Source: Folioceros fuciformis (taxonomy: Eukaryota). Taken from it: a stretch of 32,672 bases of DNA. Below, piece by piece: positions 20,419 through 32,672 of the stretch (within the stretch, counting starts at the first letter, position 1; each line of letters opens with the position of its first letter). The stretch lies in NCBI GenBank assembly GCA_049999805.1, contig JBNGIO010005925.1:1-32672 (forward strand), written 5' to 3'. The notes under the pieces are model-generated. The model was not told the DNA's origin. It saw only the letters and a program-made list of their open reading frames with translations, and did no database searches. The position numbers were made by a program, and so were the translations under genes.

Positions 20419-21238
20419 ATGCCTACACGGGTGGCGCATCTAGGGTGGCCTCGACAGCAGCTCTGCAGGAAGTTGCCGTGTCACTTCATTAGGAGCTGCT
20501 TGGCACATAGGGCAGGATCAGTAGATGCATCGAGTGATGAAGAGAGGCTGAGTAAGGGCCAAACGTACAGCATGGAGAGGTGCTTCTCGGCACAGGATGT
20601 GGAGGCATACGCACGGCTTTGTGGGGACACCAACCCCATACATCAGCAGATTTCTGCAGCAGCAGCTGCAGGATTTGGGGAGGGATGTTTGGTCCATGGC
20701 ATGCTGTATGCAGGCCTTTTCCCGGCAATCATAGGATCCAAGTTTGTAAGTGTGTGCATGAATCCCTATGGTTGCAATGGGTTGCTTTGTGCGTCATTAC
20801 ATGCCGTGCTTTTGTTTTCGCTGGCAATGAATCGACCTTTGAGAAGCAGAGCAAAACAAAAACCTCTCTCACCCAATTGTGTTTCACCCCTCCTCCTATC
20901 TTTAGCTTCTCCTCCTGCCTCGTTTGTGAAAGGGATAGCCAGGAGCTGTGTACATTTCTCAAACTCTGGAATTCCGCAACCCTGTCTTCGTCGGCGAGAG
21001 TGTGGTGGCCAAAGTTCAAGTGGCAGAGACAAGAAAGCTGAGACGTCATTACAAGTTGTTTCCCTTCCTTCTTTCCTTCCTTCATTGGATGCGTTTTGAG
21101 TGACTTTGATCTGTGCACGTGACAGCTCCTATCGCTCTGGATTGCTGCAGAGTGTCGTTTGCTACCACCTGTCATAAGGGCGTTGCCCTCGTCCTGGAAG
21201 GGTCTGCCGTGGCACTGGTGCCAGCGGAGTTGCCGTAG
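20419..21238 (+). CDS. HTD2: MaoC/hot-dog-fold dehydratase, probably mitochondrial 3-hydroxyacyl-ACP dehydratase (HTD2/mtHD-like); exons 20419-20745, 20939-21054, 21151-21238
   Basis: FSAQDVEAYARLCGDTNPIH, VHGMLYAGLFPAIIGSKF|PGAVYISQTLEFRNPVFVGE, VLEGSAVALVP. The Arg-rich N-terminus resembles a presequence. The start codon and the exon 2 donor are uncertain. Confidence 0.8.
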
Positions 21239-21558
21239 CGATTGTGCGCCTTGTGCCGTGTGTAAAGTGTAGAAGTAGACTAGCCGACACGTGTCCAGAC
21301 CTTGATTGGATAAGGATGCAGTGAAGGTTATGTCTGACTTCCGACGACGCAGTGTTCCCGGCGACAACATACATTCATTCCATGTTGTGAAGCTTTGAAA
21401 TGTCATTCGCTCTGAGCTGAATGAGGAAGAGAATTTTTGAGCGGTTCATGCTCTCGAACCAGCAGTAGCATGTCGCACACCTCAGCAAACGTGTAGATGT
21501 ATCAAACCACCACAGGTGCAGCTGCGGTGTAGCCACGACGATCCAAAATGTGACCATC

Positions 21559-23190
<1,632 letters not shown>

Positions 23191-25280
23191 CTAAAAACTA
23201 GGCAAGCTTAATGTGTATCATGAAAAGGCGTTACGTTACGAATAACAAAAACAACAAGAAAGTAAGTCAAATTCCTCTTGCTTCCTGGCTTCTTGCTTGG
23301 TCTTCATGAGTCGGAGTCGGAGTCGGAGTCGGGTCACCTGTGCAAACCAACCAGGTTGGAGGTGGCGAAGAAAGTGACGTATCCATGAGTGTTTTTGCAA
23401 CCAAGACAACCATGGATCCAAACCACCCTCTACCACACATTTGCAAGATACCTACGGTCTAGGTATTGTAGTTGAGTCTACCCATCTACCTACGTAGTGT
23501 TAATCATGGAGCCACCCTAAACCCTACGTCCCTCCATTATTAACACTTCACTCTTTCCAAGAATGCAGTTAGAGTTTTTTTTTCCTACATATATGTAGAT
23601 AAAATATCTAAAGATATTTATTAATATTAAAGAATATTATATCTTATTAACAGATTCTCTACTCCAAAGAAAGATTACAAATATGTTGTCTTCTCTTGAG
23701 ATTATATTATTATTTGCTCCAAAAAAAACAAGAAAAAAAAAGAGTACTAAAGATTGTAATAGTGCCCATACCAATACCAATAGTGGCTAGCTAGAAACAA
23801 GCCAAGCCAAGCCACTACTTTTATGGTGCACAATATGGGCGTTGGTTTTATTTTTATTTTTTTCAACACTATTTTATTTTGTCCATGCCATACTCCTTTA
23901 ACCCATGCCACTATGTGTGCAAGCAGTAACGCCCCCTTCCTTACGCAGCGTAAAAGGAAGCAATGGCCTCGAATCTCGTCTATTCACTCTATAGCACTCC
24001 ACTTACAAATCACTCAACTCCCTCTCACGCGACTCACTAGGCTCCAAGTAGCCCGCTGTCCAATGACGATTCGCAGACCACCTCCTCTAAGTGCTGCTCT
24101 TTATATAAGATTCTTACAAAGGAGTCTGGCCATCTATGCCCCACTGGTTACTGCCCTTGACTCAATCTGACAAGCTTGCTCTTCGAGCCCTCCCCAACTA
24201 TGTCTCAAGGATAAACTTCTCATTGTCTACCTCTCTCTCCCTCAAGGCCTCCCTCAAGGCCTTAGCACTCGCCTATTTATACTCCACAACTAAGCCACTG
24301 CTATGAGAATCATACACACCACTCATCTCAGAATACTAGTGAACCACTAATGCCAAGGCACTTGTAACTTACAAGTGCCTTGTAGGTTGCATGTATGTGT
24401 TGTAGTCGCAAACCTAAGCCTTCCACAACGTTGCGCGTGTAGTGCAAGCCTTGCAGGTTGCTCGAGATAATGCATATGCACAAGGATTGGAGGCCATGAA
24501 CTTCCTCCCCAACATGTATCGACTTCACTTGGCTTTAACCACTCTGTGTAGAGATTGCAGGAGTAGGATGCAGCCATTAGAGGTATACCTGCAGCCATGG
24601 ACCTCCGGAGGAGGAGGCCACTCCATGGGCAAGGAGGGCCATTTGCCTTCTCCGGTCTTTTGCAGTAGTGTATGGTACCTATATAAAGGCCCATGGAGTC
24701 TTTTCTTTTTTCCCATAATCAGATGTTAGGACATGTACCCCTCAAAGGCCTGGAATAAAGACTGTCTAAACCCATTCTCCCTATTATATGGTTTATTGCC
24801 CCCGCTACATACCATTGATCGTTGCGTGAAGGGAGAAAGACATGGTTGATGATGAACCTTCCCTAAAGGGAGAATGGCTTTGGATATGGGTGAAGGAGGA
24901 GATAGAGAACATCTTGCATTCAGTGTGATGTCATGGAGCCCTAAAACCCTTAAGGAGGTCGTGTGAGGGAAGCATTGATCTAATGTGTGCAATGGGTGAG
25001 AGGGAAAAAAAAACTTGTTTATTGGTGATGGCCTGATGGGGATGGCTGGATTGGGATGCCCTTAAAGTTGCCCACTACTGAAACAGACATGTCGATTTGC
25101 TTCAAAAAATGGGATCGTATAGTATAGTATACGGTGGTCTTCGTATTGGTATTCCATATCTTCCACTACAAAGGCTAAATTGAAAACCCTAAGTTGGTAG
25201 AATGGTGCCTTGGGTAGAATAGACCCTGACCATATTTCAACCAAATGTGCGAATGGCTAGTTTGGATTTTTTTCTTCATA

Positions 25281-25595
25281 AGCTAAACATTCGTGCTCAA
25301 GCCCAAACTGAATAGACTCACTGAGCTAAACATTCGTGCTCAAGCCCAAACCGGACAGACTCACTGAGCTAAACATTCGTGCTCAAGCCCAAATCGGACA
25401 GACTCACTGAGCTAAACATTCGTGCTCAAGCCCGAACCAGACAGACTCANNNNNNNNNNCTCACTGAGCTAAACATTCGTGCTCAAGCCCGAACCAGACA
25501 GACTCACTGAGCAAAACATTCGTGCTCAAGCCCAAACCGGACAGACTCACTGAGCTAAACATTCGTGCTTAAGCCCAAACCTTACAGACTCACTG
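25281..25595. repeat. 43-bp tandem minisatellite (at least 7 copies, spans an assembly gap)
   Basis: AGCTAAACATTCGTGCTCAAGCCCAAACCGGACAGACTCACTG at 25281, 25324, 25367 and onward; N-run at 25450. Confidence 0.95.
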
Positions 25596-26114
25596 TTTAG
25601 AGAAATTTTCTACTAGACCCCTCTCTTCGATTTAGTACGGGTTTGGGTAGAAACACATTTGGTTGCAATATCGTCATGGTTTATTCTACCCGAGGTGCCA
25701 TTCTACTAGCTTAGGGCTTTTGGTTCAACCTTCGTGGTAGAAGGAGGTGTGGGTTACAACATCCAGTTCAGGATTTACAGTTTGGGTTCTTTTGGTTCGT
25801 GTTTCAAGCTATATGTAGATTCCCATATGTACATCCGTATCCCTCCGCTCCACCCTTGGCCTCATGCACAAACCTCTACCCCCTCCCTCCTTACAGAAGT
25901 TGTTCCCCAAGCCAAGCGGAGTCGCTCCTTACTCCCTAGCTAGTTGCACCTCCCCCTCCCTTGTTACGAAGCCTGGTGGCTCTACGGCCTTGTGCGTGTG
26001 GTGAATGAACCTTGAAACAAACCCTAAATAAGCAAACCCTAACCGATGAATCCTAAGTTGCGAATCATACATACCACTCATCTCAGAATACTAGTGGTTA
26101 TTACAACTCCATCC

Positions 26115-26480
26115 TTCTTAAGAGGTTTTGCCTGGAACACACATCCACACCAATTCTTAGGAGGTTTTGCCTTGCCTCGAACACACATCCACACCAATTC
26201 ATAGGAGGTTTTGCCTTGCCTCGAACACACATCCACACCAATTCTTAGGAGGTTTTGCCCGGAACACACATCCACATCACTTCTTAGGAGGTTTTGCCTA
26301 CAAACACATCCACACCACTTCTTAGAAGGTTTTGCCTTGCCCAAAACACACATCCACATCACTTCTTAGGAGGTTTTGCCTACAACACACATCCACACCT
26401 CTTCTTAGGAGGTTTTGCGTGGAACCCACATCCACACCACTTCTTAGGAGGTTTTGCCTGAAACACACATCCACACCACC
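26115..26480. repeat. 39/44-bp tandem minisatellite (~9 copies)
   Basis: TTCTTAGGAGGTTTTGCC(TTGCC)...AACACACATCCACACCA. Confidence 0.92.
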
Positions 26481-26483
26481 ACT

Positions 26484-26642
26484 CATCTTAGAATACTTAG
26501 TGGTCATTACAACTCCATCTCATAATATATTAGTAGTCATTACAACTCCATCTCATAATATATTAGTGGTCATTACAACTCCANNNNNNNNNNTCATTAC
26601 AACTCCATCTCATAATATATTAGTGGTCATTACAACTCCATC
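26484..26642. repeat. 33-bp tandem repeat spanning an assembly gap
   Basis: ATTACAACTCCATCTCATAATATATTAGTGGTC at 26506, 26539 and onward; N-run at 26584. Confidence 0.9.
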
Positions 26643-26699
26643 CTTCTTATTAGGAGATTGTGCCTGGAACATACATTAGTTTTCCTCGATACATCGGTT

Positions 26700-26835
26700 T
26701 TCCTCGAAACACATCTACATCTACTTCCCAGTGTTTCGAAACACATCTACATCTACTTCCCAGTGTTTCTACTTCCCAAGGCATTTCCTCGAAACACATC
26801 TACATCTACTTCCCGGTGTTTCTACTTCCCAAGGC
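26700..26835. repeat. ~32-bp repeat TCGAAACACATCTACATCTACTTCCCAGTGTT (3 copies)
   Basis: Copies at ~26704, ~26736 and ~26789. Confidence 0.85.
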
Positions 26836-27235
26836 AGCAAGAGAACGATGGCATCTTTCATCATCAACTTTCATCTTATTTCACTTATACCATTACTCAA
26901 GTGAAGTTAAAGCCGATAGAAATTTGGCCGCGGGAAACGTTATACTGAAATGTGCCTTCCTAAGGGACCCCGTAATGAACGGGTAGCCGTAGGTCCAACG
27001 TAATTCACAACTGACAATGTACGATATAAAATAAGGGCCACAAGGCTGAGTCGTTCAGGCCCTAAAAATTGCAAAAGTCTGGAACATTGCTATCTACATA
27101 CATACGTACGTACGTACATATGTACTGTAGGTCCACACATTCCATTCGCCTGGACGCCTGAAGCAGGGAGGCTTTCGATGAAAAACAAAAATAAAAATGG
27201 AAATGAAAATAAAAATGAAGGCATAGATGGTATCA

Positions 27236-28339
27236 TCAGGCAGAGAACTTGACACCCTCATCGTCTGTAGATGCTCCTGTAAAGACTGCAGCTTTGCCCC
27301 GCTGTTCAAGGATCTTGAGGGCTCGGGTCAAGATGGTCCGGTCGATGCCTTCAATTTCTGCGACAAACTCGAGCATGCATGGCCACGGCATGTCAGTCGA
27401 GGTTTGGACAAGGAAACGAACAAGAAGGAAATGGCCATACCCACTCCTCAGGAGCAGGAGGAGCCTTGTCCTCCTCAACAAGCCTCGGCAGGCTCGGCAT
27501 ACCTGAACCACGTGTCTCGTCTCCTGATCTGATTTCTTCCAACGTCATCACACTGTCCCCAAGTCCATTGTCACGAACCTGATCCAACATCCAATGAATT
27601 TCAAAATCATGGGTGAGTGGGTGACTGTTGACTGCCAAGCCGCACACAACTAGGCAGCTCAGAACTTACAAACTGCAAGATCCAGTCAGCCCAGTCCTGT
27701 ATCCTCCTCCAGAGGATTAGACACCTCCTATGAGATTTGTCCAACCACTCCCCTCTTCCTGCACGCACTCAGATAGCCACACATCCAACTGTGTTGCTAC
27801 ACTCCACCTCAGCATTGCTGTCCAATGCCTCATCGCTCATGACACAACCGTGAGGTTACCTTACCTTCTGCAACAAGAGCCCCAAGGAAGACTTCCCTGG
27901 CTTCATTATTCAGTTTTCCTGCGCAGCCCACAATTCCAATGATCACCCAACTAAAACAACAACAACAACAACCACAGGCGTCAGCCATTGTGTGGCCTGG
28001 CTGCCCAAGGTCACATACGCTCAATTGTGGGATTCACGAAAAGGGGAAACTCCTCCTCCAAGTTCACTACAGAGATCTTGTGCGCTTTACAGTACTGGAG
28101 AATGAGCTCCTTCCACAGCTGCACTTGCTTTTCCCTTGTGTCCCTCACCGGTTGCAACCTGTACGCACACCATTACCATTACGATTTCAAGAGACACACC
28201 CTTCACATATGCTTGGCTGGGATGGTGCATCCTAGCCGAGATCAGACAGATGTTAAAGCACACCATCTTCTCACGTGAAGTAGGGAGGATAGTTGTAGAA
28301 GTTGGGGAGCTTGAAGGACTCCCCAGAGTGTACTGCCAT
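27236..28339 (-). CDS. VPS25: ESCRT-II subunit VPS25; exons 28339-28275, 28158-28019, 27918-27865, 27758-27670, 27578-27503, 27357-27236
   Basis: FKLPNFYNYPPYFT|LQPVRDTREKQVQLWKELIL...CLILWRRIQDWADWILQF|VRDNGLGDSVMTLEEIRSG...DDEGVKFSA. Five phase-compatible GT-AG introns. Confidence 0.93.
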
Positions 28340-28385
28340 AAGCGACATCACTGCACCCTGAACGCCTGCTACGCCTTGTTCTTCT

Positions 28386-28416
28386 CGTCACACGTCACAC
28401 GTCACACGTCACACGT
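28386..28416. promoter_or_regulatory. (CGTCACA)x4 array carrying tandem ACGT/TGACG cores in the divergent VPS25-GH27 intergenic region
   Basis: CGTCACACGTCACACGTCACACGTCACACGT. The regulatory role is inferred. Confidence 0.4.
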
Positions 28417-28547
28417 AAAGCGAACCAGCTCCTTGACTCGCATGCCTTAAAGCTTGTTAAATTCCCGCAACAGTTTCACAACTCGCCCGATTCCGACAAT
28501 TTTTGCTCCCTACCTCTTGGCCTTGGGTGGGCGAGGCCTGTCGCTTG

Positions 28548-31397
28548 ATGGCGACCACAGCACGGTTTGGGTTGCTGCTACTCCTCCTGTACGACGTCGT
28601 AGCTGGATTCAGGTTTGTTGTGCTGATGTTAAGTCGATCTCGGATGGAAGTGCTGCTGCTCCTGGAAAGCGCACGACCTTCATGCATCTTTTGTGGCGGC
28701 AAGGCACGGATGTACTAGAAACAAACAAGTATTTAACATGTAGAATGCTGCTCTCTCCACATCAGACTGGGTGAAGCAACAACCAGGAGCCCTAGTCGTG
28801 TGAGAGACTTCGAGACAGGGCAAGGGCTGGCCATCACACCTCCTCGCGGGTGGAATTCGTACAATTCCTTCTCGTGGGTTCTTACCGAAGACGAATTTTT
28901 AGCTAATTGTGAGATTGTGTCGCGTAAGCTGCTCCCCTATGGCTACGAGGTAAGAATCACTTGCAATCCACTTCAAGAGATGTGCTGGGCTGGGCTCTGC
29001 TCTGGCTTGCAACCTTTTTTTGCCCCTCACACTGTGGTCTGTGTGGTATGTGGGACAGTATGTGGTGGTGGACTGGCTTTGGTATCGCCAGCTCAAGCCT
29101 GGGTCACATGTCAAGTCTTTAGGTTTTGATGTTATAGATGAATGGGGACGCCCAATTCCTGATCCTGAAAGATGGCCTTCGTCGCGAAACGGTCAAGGAT
29201 TTCGTCCCATTGCGGACCGGGTGCATTCTATGGGCCTCAAGCTTGGCCTACACATCATGCACGGCATAATTGCAGCTGCTGTGGATCAAAACACACCCAT
29301 CTACGGAGCCAAGGTGGGAGCTGTGTGCATGTTTCCATACGTACCAGGCAATTACAAGTAACGGGGTGTGACCCAGCTTCTTTTCTGAGAGACAGAAAGT
29401 GTTGTTGCCTCTCCAGGGAAGTCCAGATGGAGACGGAGGGCGACCATGGACAGCACGAGACATTGCTGTTGAAAAAGACCAGTGTAGATGGATGATCAAA
29501 TGCTTTCTTGGCGTGAACACTAGCACCGAGGGTGGCCGTGCCTACATAAATTCCTTGTATCAACAGTTTGCTTCATGGGGTGTTGACCTGGGTGAGGCTT
29601 TGTCCTTGAAAACCTGATCACCTAGTCTTTGATGGGGCCTCCATAACCCAGTACTTGTTTCTTTCTACCTTCACACAATGCAGTGAAGCAGGACTGTGTT
29701 TTTGGCGGCCCTGATTTGCGCTTGGATGAGGTAGCTGCTGCGGACGAGGTGAGGCTAAGCATGGCGTATCGTGTGCCACAAGATTTACTCCATGAGCGGT
29801 TGTGCAACAAACTTGGAGCCTGTCCTTCCTCATTGCTGTAGGTTGACATGCACAGGCCATAAAGGCTACCGGTCGCCCTATGCTGTTCTCCATCTCACCA
29901 GGGAAATCTGTCACCATGAAGGAGGCAAGTCTTGTCCAGAACATGAGCCACACTTTCAGAGTGTCGAATGATGTATGGGACAAATGGTCCCATCTTCGTC
30001 ATCACTTTGACCTTGCCAGGTAGTTTGGTCTCGCTCTGTGTCTCCTGTTTTGGCAACAATGGTTCAGTTGCTCTAACCGAGTTGGTTGGTGGCTGATTCT
30101 CCTTGGTCAATTGCTTGGCAGAGAGTTCACAAGCTTGATTGGTGGGGCTGGGTTGCACGGCGGGAGATCATGGCCGGACTTAGATGCAATGCCGCTAGGA
30201 TATCTCTCAAAGCCAAGTACACATGTTTTTTAAATTTCCGTTTGCGTATGTTCTCCTGTGTTCAAGTTCACATCTAGGCTGGTAGTTGTGATGTGTTGCA
30301 AGTGAACCTCCACAAGCAGGTTGCAAACTTCAATTTCATGTGGACAGGTGCACCTGTTGGGCCTTTCCGCTGGTGTAGTTTGACACGAGACGAACAAAGG
30401 ATGCTGGTACCCTCCTGAAGCAGATGATGTTAAGCATGTGATGATGAGTCCTCTTGTTTTGTTTTGTGTTGTTTCGTTTCGTTCTGCTACGTCTGACGAC
30501 CTTCCTTGACTGAGGGAAAGTTTCGCGTTCCAGATCACGCTTTGGACCATGGCGAGATCTCCATTGATGTTTGGTGGCGATTTGCGGAGACTCGACGAGT
30601 GGATGTATGACCTGATCACTCACCGTCTTGTTCTCGAGATCAACGACCATAGCTCCAGCAACCTAGAGGTATTGAATCTGCTGCACTTTTGCAGGCTTTG
30701 CAAAGCGTGCATGTATCCTGCTGGCGTTGGTTGCGGGCAGACCAAGTGACAGCTGTAGAATTTGGATTGCAGCTTGTGAGGAGTGCCGAGTCGGGCACGT
30801 CTGCCTCAGAGCTGGATGACATCCGAGTATGGGCTGCCCGTGGCTCAGCAGGTATCCATCCCGCCGCATGCACAATGTAGTCCATTCTCAGTGACTCGAT
30901 GGACATGGCAAAAGTTTTCATGTCCACCTTGGTTGGCACTGCGTCGTGTGGCATGTCCAGGCCTGTTCTACATAGCCTTTTTCAATCTGAGGTCATTTTC
31001 AGCATCCATATCCACCGAGCTGAAGGACATGATGGAGCAGGTCCGTGCAGGTGCACCGAACTCTGAGTGGAAGTGCTCCGTGATGGATGGGTGGACCAGC
31101 AAGGTACTGGGCGACCTGACAGACAGCATCACAGTGGTGTTACCAGGACACAGGTCGGCGCTGTACGCGATGAAATGTCATGAACATACCTTGTCGGCGC
31201 AGGCGAGGAGCAGGGTCAGCAGAGCCACCGTGATGTTGTTAGTGGTGTGCAGTGCGGCTAGCCTGGTCCTTGTGTCACTAGTTCTGGCCTTGATCCTATC
31301 CGTAAGAGAGGTTGCACAACAGGTGGAGCAAAGTGGAGAGTGCTGGCGGTATTCAAGTAGACGGCAGAACGGTGATGTCACACAGTCAATGTTGTAG
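28548..31397 (+). CDS. Glycoside hydrolase family 27 (alpha-galactosidase/beta-L-arabinopyranosidase-like) with signal peptide and C-terminal TM helix; exons 28548-28612, 28766-28949, 29059-29313, 29417-29591, 29684-29748, 29856-30019, 30122-30216, 30348-30406, 30534-30668, 30773-30851, 30961-31397
   Basis: TPPRGWNSYNSF, YVVVDWLWY, PDPERWPSS, GLKLGLHIM, WGVDL|VKQDC (nucleophile), RVSNDVWD (acid/base), SWPDLD, TLWTMARSPLMFGGDL, YIAFFNL. Introns are GT-AG and phase-compatible. Confidence 0.9.
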
Positions 31398-31560
31398 AGC
31401 GATAAGGTTCCGTCATGGAAGAGTCGGGTTGCTGCGAGCCAGTAGCACTGGCTAATCATTCATCAAGCGTCCCCACACTGGATATGCGACATTCAGATCA
31501 TTTAATGTGAACGAAGCGTACACACGTCAAGTCCTAGCCACCGAAGTTGAGGGATCGGGA

Positions 31561-31870
31561 TCACGAATCAGCGGCCTTCTTTTCCTTGAGGGCCTTTCTC
31601 AGTTGCCGTCTCTGCTTGGATGTCTGGCCAGACTTGAGCTGGGTCCTGGCGGCCAATTTGATGTCAAGGTCCTCAAACGATTTCTGCGCACAATCATGAG
31701 CCCCCGGTCCCTCCCAAATGTAAAAGCCAGCGGCAAGCAGACCGGCGGGTGGGCAGGCATCCCAAGAGAACACTCACATCGCTCATTTCCTTGAAGCTGA
31801 CAGCGTAGAAGGTGATGGCAGCAGCAGCAGCAATGCCCAGGACGGGCAACGCGACCTGCAGCGGGTCCAT
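31561..31870 (-). CDS. Small (71 aa) single-pass membrane protein of unknown function; exons 31870-31778, 31683-31561
   Basis: MDPLQVALPVLGIAAAAAITFYAVSFKEMSD|KSFEDLD...SKQRRQLRKALKEKKAADS, with a GTGAGT donor and GCAG acceptor in phase 0. It resembles a conserved uncharacterised plant protein (from memory, not searched). Confidence 0.75.
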
Positions 31871-32364
31871 GGGCCACCGACTTCCGATTGTGCCTGCCTT
31901 GGCTCGCCGAGGCTCACTTGTGCTTGGTGTGGACTCTGGAGGGTGTCGCGTGAATTGAAACCGCGGAAGAGGAGAACTTGAGGATGAGATGACACAGTCT
32001 GTCTAGTGTATCTAGTACATATGTGTACTGATGGTGGACGTGGAGACTTTTAAAAGAGATAGAAAGAAAAACGGGAAATCCTATGTATACGACGGAAAAT
32101 TATGTCTGTGTAGAGGTCATGAGGCTACTAAGGGAGGATGGACATAGATTGTTTGCAATCTATGTAGACGTGGCCTACTTGTAGTTGCCGTATGCATATG
32201 GAGGTGAACTAGGTTTAGGAATTAGGGTATTAGAGCTGGGTGGTCTAGGCGTAATGGCTGCCTTGCGCTAGCCTCCCTCATCCATGGAGAGGTGGCGTGC
32301 TTTATCTTACTCTATTTTATGATCTTTACCTTACTCTATTTTATGATCTTCAAACGTACAACCA

Positions 32365-32672
32365 AGCCCGAGCATAAGCCCAAGGAAGAGGGATGGATGG
32401 AGCATGAGCANNNNNNNNNNTAAGCCCAAGGAAGAGGGATGGATGGAGCATGAGCACTAAGCAAGATCAAGAGAAAGCCCGAGCATAAGCCCAAGAAAGA
32501 GGGATGGATGGAGCATAAGCCCAAGGAAGAGGGATGGATGGAGCATGAGTACTAAGCAAGATCAAGAGAAGAACCGCTAAGCAAGACCAAGAGAAGAACC
32601 ACTAAGCAAGATCAAGAAAAGAAGTCCTAAGTAGGAGCAAGAGCACTAAGCCCTAAGTAGGAGCAAGAGCAC
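32365..32672. repeat. Composite purine-rich tandem repeats with an assembly gap, truncated by the window end
   Basis: AAGCCCAAGGAAGAGGGATGGATGGAGCAT x4, CTAAGCAAGATCAAGAGAA x4 and CTAAGTAGGAGCAAGAGCAC x2. Confidence 0.88.

Overview
Eukaryotic nuclear DNA from a seed-free land plant, most likely a hornwort, judged from a GRP-type DYW:KP PPR gene, short GT-AG introns and very tight gene spacing. Three compact gene islands are separated by AT-rich, minisatellite-rich spacers. Island 1 (0.7-5.9 kb) holds a PLS-class PPR protein with a DYW:KP 'GRP' deaminase-like domain (candidate organellar U-to-C editing factor) and an unexpected N-terminal OSB-type PDF (ssDNA-binding) motif, convergent with an intronless MRS2 Mg2+ transporter. 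Island 2 (13.5-22.9 kb) holds an intronless 5.5-kb PA200/PSME4, a 4-exon KEOPS subunit PCC1 ending only 294 bp upstream of it on the same strand, a MaoC-type hydroxyacyl-ACP dehydratase, and an intronless GC-rich peroxisomal-type MDAR. Island 3 (27.2-31.9 kb) holds VPS25, a GH27 glycosidase with a C-terminal membrane anchor, and a 71-aa membrane protein. The spacers contain a decayed PIF/Harbinger transposase interrupted by a perfect inverted telomere-repeat palindrome, plus several unrelated 33-54 bp tandem arrays. The top leads are the PDF + PPR + DYW:KP(GRP) fusion, three normally intron-rich housekeeping genes with no CDS introns, and a possible PCC1-PA200 bicistronic unit. All exon models and family calls were made by eye, without database searches.
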